DNA of 37,328 nt from Patescibacteria group bacterium (GTDB lineage: Bacteria; Patescibacteriota; Patescibacteriia; UBA9934), in the NCBI GenBank assembly GCA_018896835.1, contig JAHILS010000078.1, positions 1 through 37,328 on the forward strand, read 5' to 3'. The notes beneath the pieces were generated by a model. The model saw nothing but the letters and a program-made list of their open reading frames with translations. It did no database searches and was not told the origin of the DNA. The translations under genes were made by a program, and so were the position numbers. Position 1 is the first letter of the stretch. Every line of letters starts with the position of its first letter. Below, piece after piece: positions 1-8,378 of this stretch.

Positions 1-285
1 GGTTTGAATGTAATCGATTCGCTTAATCTTGGAAACAAGCTCTGAGATGCGGTCACTGTGGGCTTTGGTAAAGTACGAACCAACGCGTTTTTTTAGTGAA
101 GTTGCTTTGCCAACGTAAAGAATCTTGTCTTGCGCATCAAAATACAAGTAAACCCCAGGCGCGTCAGGGAGATTTTTCCTAACACCATCTCGAGAAGATT
201 TCTCAGCCGTCTGACGGCCTCGAAATGGATTGGATGAATCAGATAAATCTGCACGACGTCTGATTTTGATGTGAGATGGAATCAT
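1..285 (-). CDS. uvrC: Excinuclease ABC subunit C, N-terminal GIY-YIG part only; the rest of the gene lies beyond the window start
   Basis: Reverse-strand ATG at 285..283, 4 nt after the uvrA stop. My translation [10 protein letters not shown]...[32 protein letters not shown] shows the GIY...YVG nuclease motif typical of UvrC N-termini. The frame stays open to position 1. Confidence 0.8.
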   Translation of the reverse strand, partial: MIPSHIKIRRRADLSDSSNPFRGRQTAEKSSRDGVRKNLPDAPGVYLYFDAQDKILYVGKATSLKKRVGSYFTKAHSDRISELVSKIKRIDYIQT

Positions 286-289
286 AATT

Positions 290-2917
290 CTAGTCTTGGT
301 CCCGATCAAGAACCTTGCTTAAATACTTACCAGTATAACTAATTTTTTTACGAGCGATGTCCTCTGGTGTGCCTTCGGCTACAATTTGACCACCTCTGTC
401 TCCGCCTTCTGGGCCAAGGTCAATCACCCAGTCTGCGGTTTTGATAACGTCCAGGTTATGCTCAATCACTACAACGCTGTTTCCGCGGTCAACCAGTCTA
501 TGCAAAACCGCCAATAATTGTTTAACATCTTCAAAATGCAAACCAGTGGTTGGCTCGTCTAAAACGTAAAGCGTTCTACCGGTCTGGCGTCGGGCTAACT
601 CAGCAGCTAGTTTCACTCGCTGAGCCTCACCTCCAGAAAGTGTGTTAGCTGACTGACCGATTTTTAAATATCCAAGACCAACTTCGTCGAGCATTTTAAG
701 TTTTTCATACACGACTGGAATGTCTTTAAAAAACTTCTGACCTTCCTCAACAGTCATATCCAAAACCTCCCACACATTTTTACTGTTCCATTGCACCTCA
801 AGCGTTTCTCGATTAAACCGCCTACCTTTACACACATCACAATTTACATACACAGTTGGTAAAAAGTGCATTTCAATACCAATCTCTCCCAAGCCTTCAC
901 AGTTTTCGCACCTGCCACCGTGTGCCCCCTTCACATTAAAACTAAATCTGCCAGGCTTATACCCTCGAAAACGCGCTTCCTCGGTTGCCGAAAATAAATC
1001 TCGAATCGGACCCCAAGCACCAGTGTATGTGGCTGGGTTAGAGCGTGATGTTCGACCAATCGCTGACTGATCAATCATGACCATCTTGTCGATATACTCA
1101 ACGCCAAGCAGTTGTTTGTGTTTACCAGGCATGGACTTACTCTTATAAAGACGCTTGGAAATCGACTTATAAAGAACGTCGTGAATAAGAGTTGATTTTC
1201 CAGAACCGGAAACGCCAGTTACACAAACAAAGCGTCGAAGCGGGATCTCTACTGTTAAATCTTTAAGATTATTTTCTTGCGCGCTAATAATCTTGATTCT
1301 ATCAGGCCCTACTTTTCTTCTTTTTTTGGGAATGGCGACTTTACAATCACCTCGCAAGTAAGATGCTGTGATTGATTTTTTATCATTAAAAATTTCTGGT
1401 ACTGTGCCGTTGGCAACAACTTCCCCACCGTGAACACCAGCGCCCGGACCGATCTCGACCATCACGTCACTATTCCTAATAGTTTCCTCATCGTGTTCCA
1501 CCACAATCACAGTGTTGCCAATGTCTCGAAGATTTTTCAAGGTGGCTATGAGCTGATCGTTATCTCGCTGATGCAGTCCAATAGTTGGCTCATCAAGCAC
1601 ATAAAGTGCGCCCACAAGCCTAGACCCAATTTGCGATGCTAGACGAATACGTTGAGCCTCGCCACCCGAAAGTGAACCTGCTCGACGATTAAGCGTTAAA
1701 TAGTGCAAGCCAACGTCAAGCATAAAAGTTAATCTTTGCTCTATCTCTTTGAGTATTCCGCCAGCAATCTCACGTTGACGATCTGAAAGCTCAAGATTAA
1801 GAATAAACTCGGCTGTATTGTCCACTGACATAGCAGTCACTTGGGCAATATTTTTTCCACCCACCAAAACGTGCAAGGCTTCCTTACGCAAACGATCTCC
1901 GTGACAAACCGAACAAATATCTTCAGAAAATAGCTCTGTGGTTCCCAGCCCATCACAAGCCTGACAGGCGCCATACGGACTATTAAAAGAAAAAAGTCTG
2001 GGCTCGATTTCAGGGAATGAAAATCCGCACTCTGCGCAAGAAAATTGGGTTGAATATAATTGCTCGTTATTTTTTTCATAAGCGATCTTCACCAAGTTTC
2101 CACCGCGATCAACCGCAATCTCAACCGCTTCTGTTAGCCGTTGCCTTTGATCCTTGGTGATGTCGTTAACATTAAGCACCACAGTATCCACCACAACCTC
2201 AATCTCGTGTTGTTTATAGCGCGAGAGCGTGATCTTCTCACTCAATTTGTGCATTTTTCCATTAATACGCACGCTGGCAAAGCCAGCGTTATAAAGATCA
2301 TACAAAAGTTGGTAATATTCACCTTTTCTACCACGAACAATAGGGGCCATGATTGTGAGCTGACCCCCTCCACCCTTCGCCCCGCCCCTGACGAGGCTTC
2401 GGAGTGGCAGGCCAACTCCCCCTTTGAAAGGGGGAGAGATCGAGTCTTGTCCCCTCCTTTTAAAGGAGGGGTTAGGGGTGGTGGTCATGTTTTGCAAAAC
2501 ATGATCAACTATTTCATCGATTGTCATGCGCGAGATCGACTTATTGCAAGCCGGGCATTGCGCTGTACCAATACGCGCAAATAACACGCGCAAATAATCG
2601 TAAATTTCAGTAACTGTGGCAACTGTTGAGCGCGGGTTACGTGAATGTGCTTTTTGATCAATCGAAATAGCTGGCGACAACCCCTCGATTTCGTCTACGT
2701 CTGGCTTTTGCATTTGACCTAAAAATTGTCTGGCATAAGCAGACAGTGATTCGACATATCGGCGTTGACCTTCAGCAAAAATTGTATCAAATGCCAAAGA
2801 CGACTTTCCCGAACCAGAAAGTCCAGTAATGCAAATTAGTTTATTGCGGGGAATCTCCAGACTAATATTCTTAAGATTATGCTCCCGCGCCCCTTTGATT
2901 GTTATTTTATCTTGCAT
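290..2917 (-). CDS. uvrA: Excinuclease ABC subunit A
   Basis: 875-aa ORF with two ABC modules: Walker [10 protein letters not shown] and GVSGSGKST, signatures LSGGEAQRI and LSGGEAQRV. CxxC zinc modules are present and the protein is colinear with UvrA throughout. Confidence 0.97.
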   Translation of the reverse strand: MQDKITIKGAREHNLKNISLEIPRNKLICITGLSGSGKSSLAFDTIFAEGQRRYVESLSAYARQFLGQMQKPDVDEIEGLSPAISIDQKAHSRNPRSTVATVTEIYDYLRVLFARIGTAQCPACNKSISRMTIDEIVDHVLQNMTTTPNPSFKRRGQDSISPPFKGGVGLPLRSLVRGGAKGGGGQLTIMAPIVRGRKGEYYQLLYDLYNAGFASVRINGKMHKLSEKITLSRYKQHEIEVVVDTVVLNVNDITKDQRQRLTEAVEIAVDRGGNLVKIAYEKNNEQLYSTQFSCAECGFSFPEIEPRLFSFNSPYGACQACDGLGTTELFSEDICSVCHGDRLRKEALHVLVGGKNIAQVTAMSVDNTAEFILNLELSDRQREIAGGILKEIEQRLTFMLDVGLHYLTLNRRAGSLSGGEAQRIRLASQIGSRLVGALYVLDEPTIGLHQRDNDQLIATLKNLRDIGNTVIVVEHDEETIRNSDVMVEIGPGAGVHGGEVVANGTVPEIFNDKKSITASYLRGDCKVAIPKKRRKVGPDRIKIISAQENNLKDLTVEIPLRRFVCVTGVSGSGKSTLIHDVLYKSISKRLYKSKSMPGKHKQLLGVEYIDKMVMIDQSAIGRTSRSNPATYTGAWGPIRDLFSATEEARFRGYKPGRFSFNVKGAHGGRCENCEGLGEIGIEMHFLPTVYVNCDVCKGRRFNRETLEVQWNSKNVWEVLDMTVEEGQKFFKDIPVVYEKLKMLDEVGLGYLKIGQSANTLSGGEAQRVKLAAELARRQTGRTLYVLDEPTTGLHFEDVKQLLAVLHRLVDRGNSVVVIEHNLDVIKTADWVIDLGPEGGDRGGQIVAEGTPEDIARKKISYTGKYLSKVLDRDQD
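2363..2485. repeat. In-frame GC-rich palindromic insertion (41 codons) inside uvrA
   Basis: Codons 145-185 ([41 protein letters not shown]) sit where E. coli UvrA, recalled from memory, has only a short SQPEGK linker before the conserved LLAPI strand. The DNA contains two perfect 21-nt palindromes: CTCCCCCTTTGAAAGGGGGAG (2416-2436) and CCCCTCCTTTTAAAGGAGGGG (2451-2471). The opposite strand also reads SPPFKGG. Confidence 0.7.
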
Positions 2918-4928
2918 ACTTTTTTTCTAGCTCTTTTTCTAATTCTTTAATTTCATCTCGTAAAAGCCCGGCTGTTTCAAATAATAGATTCTCAGCAGCC
3001 TTTTTCATCTCCTTCTTTTTTTGTAAAATCACTTTTTTAATTTCGTGTGGCTGTGCTGTCATTTCTATTTGGAGTATGGACTTGATGTCAGCATCGCTTG
3101 GCGCCCCAGCAATCATGGCCCGAATGTCTTGAATTTCCTTGTGAATTGTTTTTGGAGTTATGCCATGTTCTTTGTTGTAAGCAATTTGAATTTTCCGCCG
3201 GCGATCAGTTTCACGAATAGCTCTTTTAATTGATCCAGTCATTACGTCAGCGTACAAAATCACCTCGCCATCGATATTGCGGGCAGCCCGACCAATAGTT
3301 TGGACAAGCGATGTTTCTGATCGCAAAAATCCTTCTTTGTCAGCGTCCAAAATGGCAACGAGCGACACTTCGGGAAGGTCCAGGCCTTCTCGCAAAAGGT
3401 TTACTCCAATCACAACATCATAAGTTCCGCGTCGCAGTTCTGTTAAAATCTCAATTCTATCCAAGGTTTCCACGTCGCTATGCAGATATTGCACTTTCAC
3501 TCCCCGCTCAAGCAAAAACTCTGTTAAATCCTCGGCCATCTTTTTTGTTAAAGTGGTAACCAGCGATCGCTCGCCCTTTTTTACCCTGTCCTCTATTCGC
3601 AAAATAAGATCATCAACCTGACCCAAGCTTTTTTTGTCTTTTGGTGTTACCGGACAAATGGTGACCTTGGGATCAATCAAACCAGTTGGACGCACAATTT
3701 GCTCAATAATATCGTCTGAAACCTCGCGCTCAAAATCACCAGGCGTGGCCGAAACATAAATAGTTTGCCCAGAACGATCTTCAAATTCTTCAAACGTAAG
3801 TGGACGATTGTCTTTAGCAGACGGCAAACGAAACCCGTGCTCAACTAACGTTTCCTTGCGGGCTTTGTCTCCGTGGGACATACCCCGGATTTGAGGAATA
3901 GTGACATGCGACTCGTCAATAACAATCAAAAAATCCTTGGGAAAATAATCCACAAGGGTTTGGGGTGAAGAACCAGGCGCCCGGCCTTCAAATTGGGCTG
4001 AATAATTCTCTATACCGCTACAATAGCCAACGTTTTTAATCATTTGCAAATCATAATTTGTGCGTTGTTTTAGTCGCTCATATTCAAGAACCTTGCCATT
4101 TTTCTCCAACTCAGCCAATCGATCTTTAAGTTCATTTTCTATATTAGCTATAGCTTGATTGATTGTGTCCTTTTCTACAACATAATGTCTGGCTGGAAAA
4201 ATCCAAGCGTCAAGTACAGTATTTTGGATTCGGCGGGTGATTGGGTCAAGTAAAAATATCTCAGTAATCACTTCACCTTCAAATATAATTCGGAACAAAA
4301 ACGAAGTGTCCGAAGCGCTCATCAGCTCCAAAACGTCGCCGTGGACGCGGAATTTGCCACGCTCAACGTCCGCGTTTGTCCGCTCATATTGCATAGAAAT
4401 AAGCTCGCGCATAAGCCCACTGCGATCAACCCTGTCACCAACTCGCAAATGCTTTACTTCATTTTTGTACTGCTGTGCTGACCCAAGGTTATAAATGCAA
4501 GAAACTGATGCCACAATAATCACGTCTTTGCGGGAAAGTAATGCTTGGGTAGCAGCATGGCGCAACCGATCAATTTCATCATTGATCTGCGACTCCTTCT
4601 CAATGTAAGTATCAGTGCGAGGCATATATGCCTCTGGCTGATAATAGTCATAATATGAAACAAAATACTCAACCTTATTTTTGGGAAAAAACTGACGGAA
4701 CTCATTGCAAAGCTGGGCAGCTAAGGTTTTGTTGTGAGCAATAACCAAAGTTGGACGCTGAACCTGCTCGATCACGTTGGCAATCGTAAAAGTCTTCCCA
4801 GACCCTGTCACGCCAAGCAAGGTTTGCTTTGGCAAACCCTTTTGTAAATTGTCCACCAACCTCTCAATCGCCTCCGGCTGATCGCCAGTTGGTTTATAGT
4901 TTGAACGCAATTTGAAATTCATATGCAA
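2907..4928 (-). CDS. uvrB: Excinuclease ABC subunit B
   Basis: 673-aa ORF with Walker A GVTGSGKT, a DESH box (VIDESHVT), helicase motifs and a C-terminal UVR-type coiled coil ([15 protein letters not shown]). The real start may be the ATG at 4922 (MNFKL). Its stop overlaps the uvrA start by 11 nt. Confidence 0.97.
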   Translation of the reverse strand: MHMNFKLRSNYKPTGDQPEAIERLVDNLQKGLPKQTLLGVTGSGKTFTIANVIEQVQRPTLVIAHNKTLAAQLCNEFRQFFPKNKVEYFVSYYDYYQPEAYMPRTDTYIEKESQINDEIDRLRHAATQALLSRKDVIIVASVSCIYNLGSAQQYKNEVKHLRVGDRVDRSGLMRELISMQYERTNADVERGKFRVHGDVLELMSASDTSFLFRIIFEGEVITEIFLLDPITRRIQNTVLDAWIFPARHYVVEKDTINQAIANIENELKDRLAELEKNGKVLEYERLKQRTNYDLQMIKNVGYCSGIENYSAQFEGRAPGSSPQTLVDYFPKDFLIVIDESHVTIPQIRGMSHGDKARKETLVEHGFRLPSAKDNRPLTFEEFEDRSGQTIYVSATPGDFEREVSDDIIEQIVRPTGLIDPKVTICPVTPKDKKSLGQVDDLILRIEDRVKKGERSLVTTLTKKMAEDLTEFLLERGVKVQYLHSDVETLDRIEILTELRRGTYDVVIGVNLLREGLDLPEVSLVAILDADKEGFLRSETSLVQTIGRAARNIDGEVILYADVMTGSIKRAIRETDRRRKIQIAYNKEHGITPKTIHKEIQDIRAMIAGAPSDADIKSILQIEMTAQPHEIKKVILQKKKEMKKAAENLLFETAGLLRDEIKELEKELEKKYAR

Positions 4929-5007
4929 AATTACCAGATTCCATGTTTACCAGGGGGTCACTGCTTTTGCTTGTGACCTTGGAGACTTGGGATCTGGTTG
5001 TGAACTC

Positions 5008-5036
5008 ATGCTATTTGAAAAACGCAAAATTGTCAA
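5008..5036 (-). promoter_or_regulatory. Putative sigma70-type promoter for uvrB
   Basis: Minus strand reads TTGACA (5036..5031), a 17-nt spacer, then TAGCAT (5013..5008). This is about 75 nt upstream of the uvrB start. The leader contains hairpin GGTCAC/GTGACC (4956-4978). Confidence 0.4.
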
Positions 5037-5105
5037 TCAAACGGCTAATGTTTGCTAAAGAAGGAGAATAAAAGGGGTTAATTTAGCCTCCACCTTACTC
5101 ACTTC

Positions 5106-5219
5106 GATCCTCCGGTCTTTTTTTCCATCCTCTGGCTTGACCAGAGGATCCAGTGTCACATCTCCTCGAGCATACCTGGCGAGGCCGGAGATCCCCGATT
5201 AAATCGGGGATGGAAAAAA
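5106..5219. repeat. GC-rich nested-palindrome element in an AT-rich intergenic region
   Basis: Hairpin ATCCTCTGG-cttga-CCAGAGGAT (5127-5149). Perfect 21-nt palindrome ATCCCCGATTAAATCGGGGAT (5191-5211). Outer pairings GATCCTCCGG (5106-5115) with CCGGAGATC (5185-5193), and TTTTTTCCATCC (5119-5130) with GGATGGAAAAAA (5208-5219). Confidence 0.6.
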
Positions 5220-5276
5220 CGAATCCTAAATTATTCATTGAAGAGGACATGATATAATCATATTAAAAATATAATC

Positions 5277-5486
5277 ATGCCTACATTATCAATACGACTT
5301 CCAGCTAATCTCGAAACTTTTGTGGAAACGATGGTAAAAAATGGGATTGCTCCAAATAAAGCAGAGGTTGTCCGCCAGGCACTTATTAGTTATGCGGAAA
5401 AACAAGCAATAGCGTCAGTATTACAAGCTGAACAAGAGATAAGGGATGGTGATGTTCTTAGCGGTGATATTAAAAAATTATTTTAA
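5277..5486 (+). CDS. Ribbon-helix-helix (CopG/ParD-like) small DNA-binding protein, antitoxin-like
   Basis: 69-aa ORF. The N-terminal pattern MPTLSIRLPANLETFVETMVKNGIAPNKAEVVRQALISY matches the beta-strand plus two-helix RHH layout. TATAAT boxes lie just upstream (5253-5258 and 5268-5273). No toxin ORF is adjacent. Confidence 0.55.
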   Translation: MPTLSIRLPANLETFVETMVKNGIAPNKAEVVRQALISYAEKQAIASVLQAEQEIRDGDVLSGDIKKLF

Positions 5487-5521
5487 AAAACGGGTCAAGC
5501 CAGGGAACGACAGAGCAAGTC

Positions 5522-6025
5522 CTAGTTCACGTAAGTTGAAACCGTGTAAAAATTACAATTCAAGCCATCGTCAAAACAGACGTCAAACGCCCCTTTCCAA
5601 TTTCCGCTCTTAAGAGCAACGGCATGAAATATAACATCAGCCCCATCGCCGGCTGGAATGTCTGCTAAAAGCGTATGCGTATATGTTCCGTCATCAAGTA
5701 AAAACTCATCCAAAAATTCAGGCTCTGAAGAAATTATTGCCACTCCCTGCAAATAACTCTCACCAATGTCAATGCTATGCAATAGTTGAGTTGTGTCAGC
5801 ACTGTGAAAAACATGCGCGACTATGTCAAAACTCTCCCCAACATTAACCGTAACCGGCACGGTAAGAGTAGCTGACGGAACTGACTCATAATCTGACCAA
5901 GCAGACTCGTCATACTCATAATCATCGGAAGCCTTATCCCCTGCGCTCCACTCAAACGAACGCTCGCAACCAGCACCAACGAGCACTAGCGCAAATAAAC
6001 TCATCAAAAGCAATGTTTTTTTCAT
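5522..6025 (-). CDS. Hypothetical lipoprotein
   Basis: 167-aa ORF with a signal peptide and lipobox (MKKTLLLMSLFALVLVGAGC), followed by an acidic linker. I recognise no family. Confidence 0.6.
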   Translation of the reverse strand: MKKTLLLMSLFALVLVGAGCERSFEWSAGDKASDDYEYDESAWSDYESVPSATLTVPVTVNVGESFDIVAHVFHSADTTQLLHSIDIGESYLQGVAIISSEPEFLDEFLLDDGTYTHTLLADIPAGDGADVIFHAVALKSGNWKGAFDVCFDDGLNCNFYTVSTYVN

Positions 6026-6079
6026 ATAAAATTAAGATTTATTAAAGACTGATATTTTAAGTATATCAATCCTTTACTT

Positions 6080-6562
6080 TCACGAAAACCTTAACTTCTG
6101 TGCGCCAGTCCAGGCAATGGCGAGTGCATCGGCGGCGTCGTCTGGTTTTGGAATGTCTGATAAATGAAAAATATTTTTAATCATCTCTTGCATTTGATGT
6201 TTATCAGCCGCGCCATATCCTGTTACTGCCATTTTTACCTCATTTGGTTTTACGCCAACTATCTCAATGCCTTTCTTGGCCGAAATATATTGAATCATTC
6301 CCCGAACCTCAGCTACCTGCAAGGCTGTCGTAGTACTTTTTGCAAAAAATAATTCCTCAAGTGCTAAAACTTGAGGCGCAAACTTTTCGATTATTTCTTC
6401 AACATTTCGTCCAATCTCTAAAAGCCTTTGTTCAAAATCTAGGCCAGGGTCGGTAATAATCACACCGTGATTGAGGCAAAGCCAATCACCGTCAACTTGT
6501 TCGATTACGCCAAATCCACAACGTCCAAACCCAGGATCAATACCGAGCACGCGCTTATTCAT
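6080..6562 (-). CDS. ruvC: Crossover junction endodeoxyribonuclease RuvC
   Basis: 160 aa. The N-terminus VLGIDPGFGRCGFGVIE carries the catalytic Asp. Length and C-terminal DAADALAIA are typical of RuvC. Confidence 0.93.
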   Translation of the reverse strand: MNKRVLGIDPGFGRCGFGVIEQVDGDWLCLNHGVIITDPGLDFEQRLLEIGRNVEEIIEKFAPQVLALEELFFAKSTTTALQVAEVRGMIQYISAKKGIEIVGVKPNEVKMAVTGYGAADKHQMQEMIKNIFHLSDIPKPDDAADALAIAWTGAQKLRFS

Positions 6563-7577
6563 ACTTAACTTTTCCAGTATTCACAATCAATTTCTTGTCT
6601 TCTTCTGGCACTTCATCTTTCATTTGTAAAAGCATGGCGAGCCCGGCAATTCCGGAAGGCTCGGCAGTCAAATCATTCATCTGCGCAATTTTCATTGCCT
6701 CTTGCAGTGATTCTTCACGAACAATCCCAACTCGCGACTTGGCGCCAATATGCCCTTTTCGTTTGGCGAGATTTATCCAATGAGGGTCTAGATGCACAAA
6801 CGGCAAATGAGGGGAATAAAGTTTGTCTGCGATGCTAGTTGGATTGTTTGTTGTTGACCCTATAAAATGACACTTACCAATCTTTTTATGATCACCCTGA
6901 AAACGTCGATCATGAAAAACAAACGAAGAAGCTTCACGTTGAGCAATATTAATAACGTTCTCGTACAAATGTCCTGTGCCATATGGCACAAATACCCAAT
7001 CCGCGTTTTTATTTAAAATGTCATAGCTCATCCAATCGTAAAACACATCAAATGGCCCAAGAGCATCGTCAGAAGTTATATCGATTCCACCAACGTTATC
7101 GGTTAATCTTAAAATATCATCTGTTAATAAAACTCTTTTGCCCAAATCTGTTTCGTAAACATGACAACCGATCTTCTTTAAATAATCCTTGATGTCAGCT
7201 GACATGTTAAAATGCACCAAAACCTTTAAGTCGGGCAGGCGATATTTTTTGAGCATTTTTTGAATCGCAATCCCTGCTGAGCCAGACGAAATAATGGACA
7301 TGTGTGGTAAATAATCAGTCACTCCGGCTTTTTTGGCTAGCAATAAATTTTTATAAGTCACGACCATTTCCCAAGCCATGCGATCTTTATGAGTTCCGGT
7401 TGGATTTACACTTTCATCCTTAACCCAAACGTTTTGCATACCAGGAACCTGTATTTCAAATGTTGGAGTTGAAGGAAATTTTGGATTGTCAGGCGGAAAC
7501 TCAGGTTTTTTAGGATCATTGTCCGAAGGAACATGAATCGAGTCCAATATTTCCTCTTCTTGTGACGTAAGAGTCAT
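6555..7577 (-). CDS. Fold-type II PLP-dependent enzyme (threonine synthase/cysteine synthase superfamily), specificity unknown
   Basis: 340 aa with a PLP-lysine motif NPTGTHKDR, close to the threonine synthase NPTGSFKDR pattern. Its stop overlaps the ruvC start by 8 nt. Confidence 0.7.
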   Translation of the reverse strand: MTLTSQEEEILDSIHVPSDNDPKKPEFPPDNPKFPSTPTFEIQVPGMQNVWVKDESVNPTGTHKDRMAWEMVVTYKNLLLAKKAGVTDYLPHMSIISSGSAGIAIQKMLKKYRLPDLKVLVHFNMSADIKDYLKKIGCHVYETDLGKRVLLTDDILRLTDNVGGIDITSDDALGPFDVFYDWMSYDILNKNADWVFVPYGTGHLYENVINIAQREASSFVFHDRRFQGDHKKIGKCHFIGSTTNNPTSIADKLYSPHLPFVHLDPHWINLAKRKGHIGAKSRVGIVREESLQEAMKIAQMNDLTAEPSGIAGLAMLLQMKDEVPEEDKKLIVNTGKVKYE

Positions 7578-7588
7578 AGGCTAATCGG

Positions 7589-8311
7589 TTAGCTCACATT
7601 TGTATATACAGAATCTACGTCATCGTCTTCTTCTAAAATTTCTATGAATTTTTCGATGCGTTCTTGATCTTCTGGGCTAGGATTGATTGAATTTGTTGCT
7701 ATATACTCAAGTCCGGCGTCAGCTATAATCAGTCCAGCGTTAGATATCGCGTCTGATACTTTTTTAAAGTCATGGACTGGACAAACAACAGTGAGTACAT
7801 TTTCATCATAGCTTATATCTTCCGCACCTGCATCAATAAGAGTCAATTCCAAGCCTTCACGCTCAGATTGCGTTTGTAATGCACTTAAATCCTCAACTCC
7901 AATCACGCCTTTTTGCGCAAATTGCCACATCACTTTTGCTTCCATATTTCCACCATGCTTGTTAAACATGGTCTTAATATTAGTGAAGGTGCGATTCTTA
8001 TTATCAGTCACTGCCTCAACAATAACAGATGCTCCGCCCGGGGCCATACCTTCATAAACAACCGACTCAAGCGCGTCCCCTTCTCCTGTTCCTGCCCCTC
8101 TGGCAATTGCCCGGTCTATATTTTCTTTTGGCATGTTCACTGCCTTGGCCTTATCAATCATCAAGCGCAATGCGAAATTCATTTCTGGATTGGCACCTTC
8201 TCGGGCTGCCACAGAAATAAGCTTAGCAATTTTAGAAAATGCTTTTCCCTTTTTGGCATCAACTGCACTTTTTCTATGTTTAGTTGTCGCCCATTTGCTA
8301 TGTCCTGACAT
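7589..8311 (-). CDS. yebC: YebC/PmpR (TACO1) family regulator
   Basis: 240 aa beginning MSGHSKWATTKHRKSAVDAKKGKAFSK, the hallmark YebC N-terminus. Confidence 0.93.
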   Translation of the reverse strand: MSGHSKWATTKHRKSAVDAKKGKAFSKIAKLISVAAREGANPEMNFALRLMIDKAKAVNMPKENIDRAIARGAGTGEGDALESVVYEGMAPGGASVIVEAVTDNKNRTFTNIKTMFNKHGGNMEAKVMWQFAQKGVIGVEDLSALQTQSEREGLELTLIDAGAEDISYDENVLTVVCPVHDFKKVSDAISNAGLIIADAGLEYIATNSINPSPEDQERIEKFIEILEEDDDVDSVYTNVS

Positions 8312-8348
8312 ATAATAAAGTAACTTTTATAAGCGATGTATTTTAAGC

Positions 8349-8375
8349 AAACGACGCCCTGTAAAGGCGTCGTTT
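8349..8375 (-). terminator. Hairpin terminator downstream of rpoC (bidirectional shape)
   Basis: AAACGACGCC-ctgtaaa-GGCGTCGTTT lies immediately after the rpoC stop (8379). T/A runs flank it on both sides. Confidence 0.55.
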
Positions 8376-8378
8376 TAT

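Noticed and set aside
4934-4997. GTTTACCAGG (4945-4954) and the surrounding hairpin resembling the 5' side of 4.5S/SRP RNA
   Set aside because: The conserved GGAA tetraloop and the AGCAGC/GGAAGCAGCC motif are absent. The hairpin loop is 11 nt of unrelated sequence. The region is better explained as the uvrB 5' leader.
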